A DNA stretch of 63,964 nucleotides, filler included, from Octopus bimaculoides (Eukaryota), in assembly GCF_001194135.2 (NCBI RefSeq). It is 5 parts of 5 records of this genome, joined end to end, with 100 filler letters (N's around TTAATTAATTAA, not from the genome) between each part and the next. Parts side by side here need not be neighbours in the genome. Positions count along the whole stretch, not along the records: positions 62,490 to 63,964 come from NC_068996.1; 4 more parts are not named here. One strand, written 5' to 3'. The translations under genes were made by a program, and so were the position numbers. The notes beneath the pieces were generated by a model, which worked only from the letters and a program-made list of their open reading frames with translations, did no database searches and had not been told where the DNA came from. Positions 62,711-63,964 of this stretch are shown piece after piece; positions within the stretch are counted from its first letter, which is position 1; the number at the start of each line of letters is the position of its first letter.

Positions 62711-63964
62711 TTGTTTGAAAAATACGTCCACCCTGCCCCTCTAACGCACCATTCTCCGAGCCTTCCGGCTCGCACGTCTTCCCTAACTTACCCCTTCCCT
62801 CCTTCAAACGAGCCCACAACCTTACGTGACCTCCTAGTTCACAGTTTCTTCCCTAACTCCACCTTTCAGCTTGGCTCGTTCCCCTGCTCCCGCCTACGCT
62901 GCCGTACTTACGCCTACTTCTCCAGCACCACCATCCTCACAGGCACTCATCATCGTCCCTATCGTATCACCGACCCCTTTACTTTCTAGCAACGTCGTCC
63001 TCTGTACATCGATCAAACGGGACGCTGCTTGGCTGGCCGGTTCGCAGAGCACCTCCGAGACAGCAGACTCGGCAATGACATCCCGGTCTCGCACCATTTC
63101 TGCTCTACCGGTCATTCACTACAACACCTGTCTGCTCGGATTGTCTTTGCACAGGGGCCATCGGGACTTCCACCTTAGCCATAAACAGGAATTAATCTTC
63201 TCACTTCGCTCCTCTGTGTTATATGGACTCAATTCCCCTCATCTCTTCATCAGACACCTACTTCCTCTCTTCAGTCTTACCTACCTCTCCTCTTCTCTCC
63301 TCCCTTCATCTGACACCTACTTCCTCTCTTCGGTCCTACCCACCTTCTCTCTTCATCAATAACACCCCCACCCACACACCCCATCTACACCCTACACCCA
63401 CATATCCACACCCACAATCACCCACCCCACACCATGTCAAGCCACTCAACACATACTAGCACTAACCACTTCCCAGCACCCACACCACACAGCATCATCC
63501 ATACACCCACACGTTATAGACGCACACACACATGCACACATCTGCACACGTCAAAGTCACTAGCCCCTATTCATACACATTCTCACATACACACACACAC
63601 ACATTTTCACATAATACAAACGCACGCGTTTTGGGATCACCAATACTTTATTATCTCCCCTTCTTTCAACCTCTTCTGTCAAACTTTTTTCTAATCAGTC
63701 ACCATGTTTGACCGCTAAATTCACAAGTTCTTTTCATTCTCTCTCTATTTATTTTCTCTTATTCCTTTCTGTTGAAGAGCGTAGAATCGAAGCGTAAAAG
63801 GCTTTTTCACTTTCCTGAGCGTCAAATTAATACACCTGCCTGTTGTTCATACACCTGTCTTCGTCTTTTGTTTTTCTATAAATTTCCACTTTACACACAC
63901 ACACACATACACACACACACACATTTTCACATAATACAAACGCACGCGTTTTGGGATCACCAAT
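62711..63964 (+). mobile_element. Neptune-like PLE 3' part: GIY-YIG remnant plus start of a tandem pseudo-LTR
   Basis: LRDLLVHS...GSFPCSRLRCRTY...DPFTF / LYIDQTGRCLAGRFAEHLRD...PVSHHF...GH / QELIF...YGLN. 63584-63644 is identical to 63904-63964. A degenerate TTGAAGAG..GAAGC lies at 63772-63793. Confidence 0.85.

Overview
Eukaryotic, AT-rich, microsatellite-dense draft-assembly DNA with many N gaps and four artificial TTAATTAATTAA gap spacers. The tRNA-derived SINE families look like those of an octopod cephalopod (inference from recalled repeat families, not a database hit). No intact host gene is recognisable; only a few unconfirmed candidate exons. The window is a graveyard of mobile elements: about 20 SINE copies in four families (called A-D here); R4/Dong-like RLE, CR1-like and Tx1/L1-like LINE remnants; Penelope-like (PLE) RT and GIY-YIG remnants with hammerhead-ribozyme-like motifs; Tc1, mariner and maT-like transposase relics; a MITE; a TIR element; and a Helentron-like element. 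The most notable structure is at 51.5-53.5 kb. A 1.53-kb ORF1-only retroelement sits at a defined site inside a family-A SINE. It shares a 3' stem-loop/AATAAAGAAA-type tail with that SINE and with a separate Tx1/L1-like 3' end at 58 kb. This suggests a LINE / ORF1-only element / SINE mobilisation system that may target SINE heads. Most long ORFs in the supplied track are artefacts of microsatellites and N runs.
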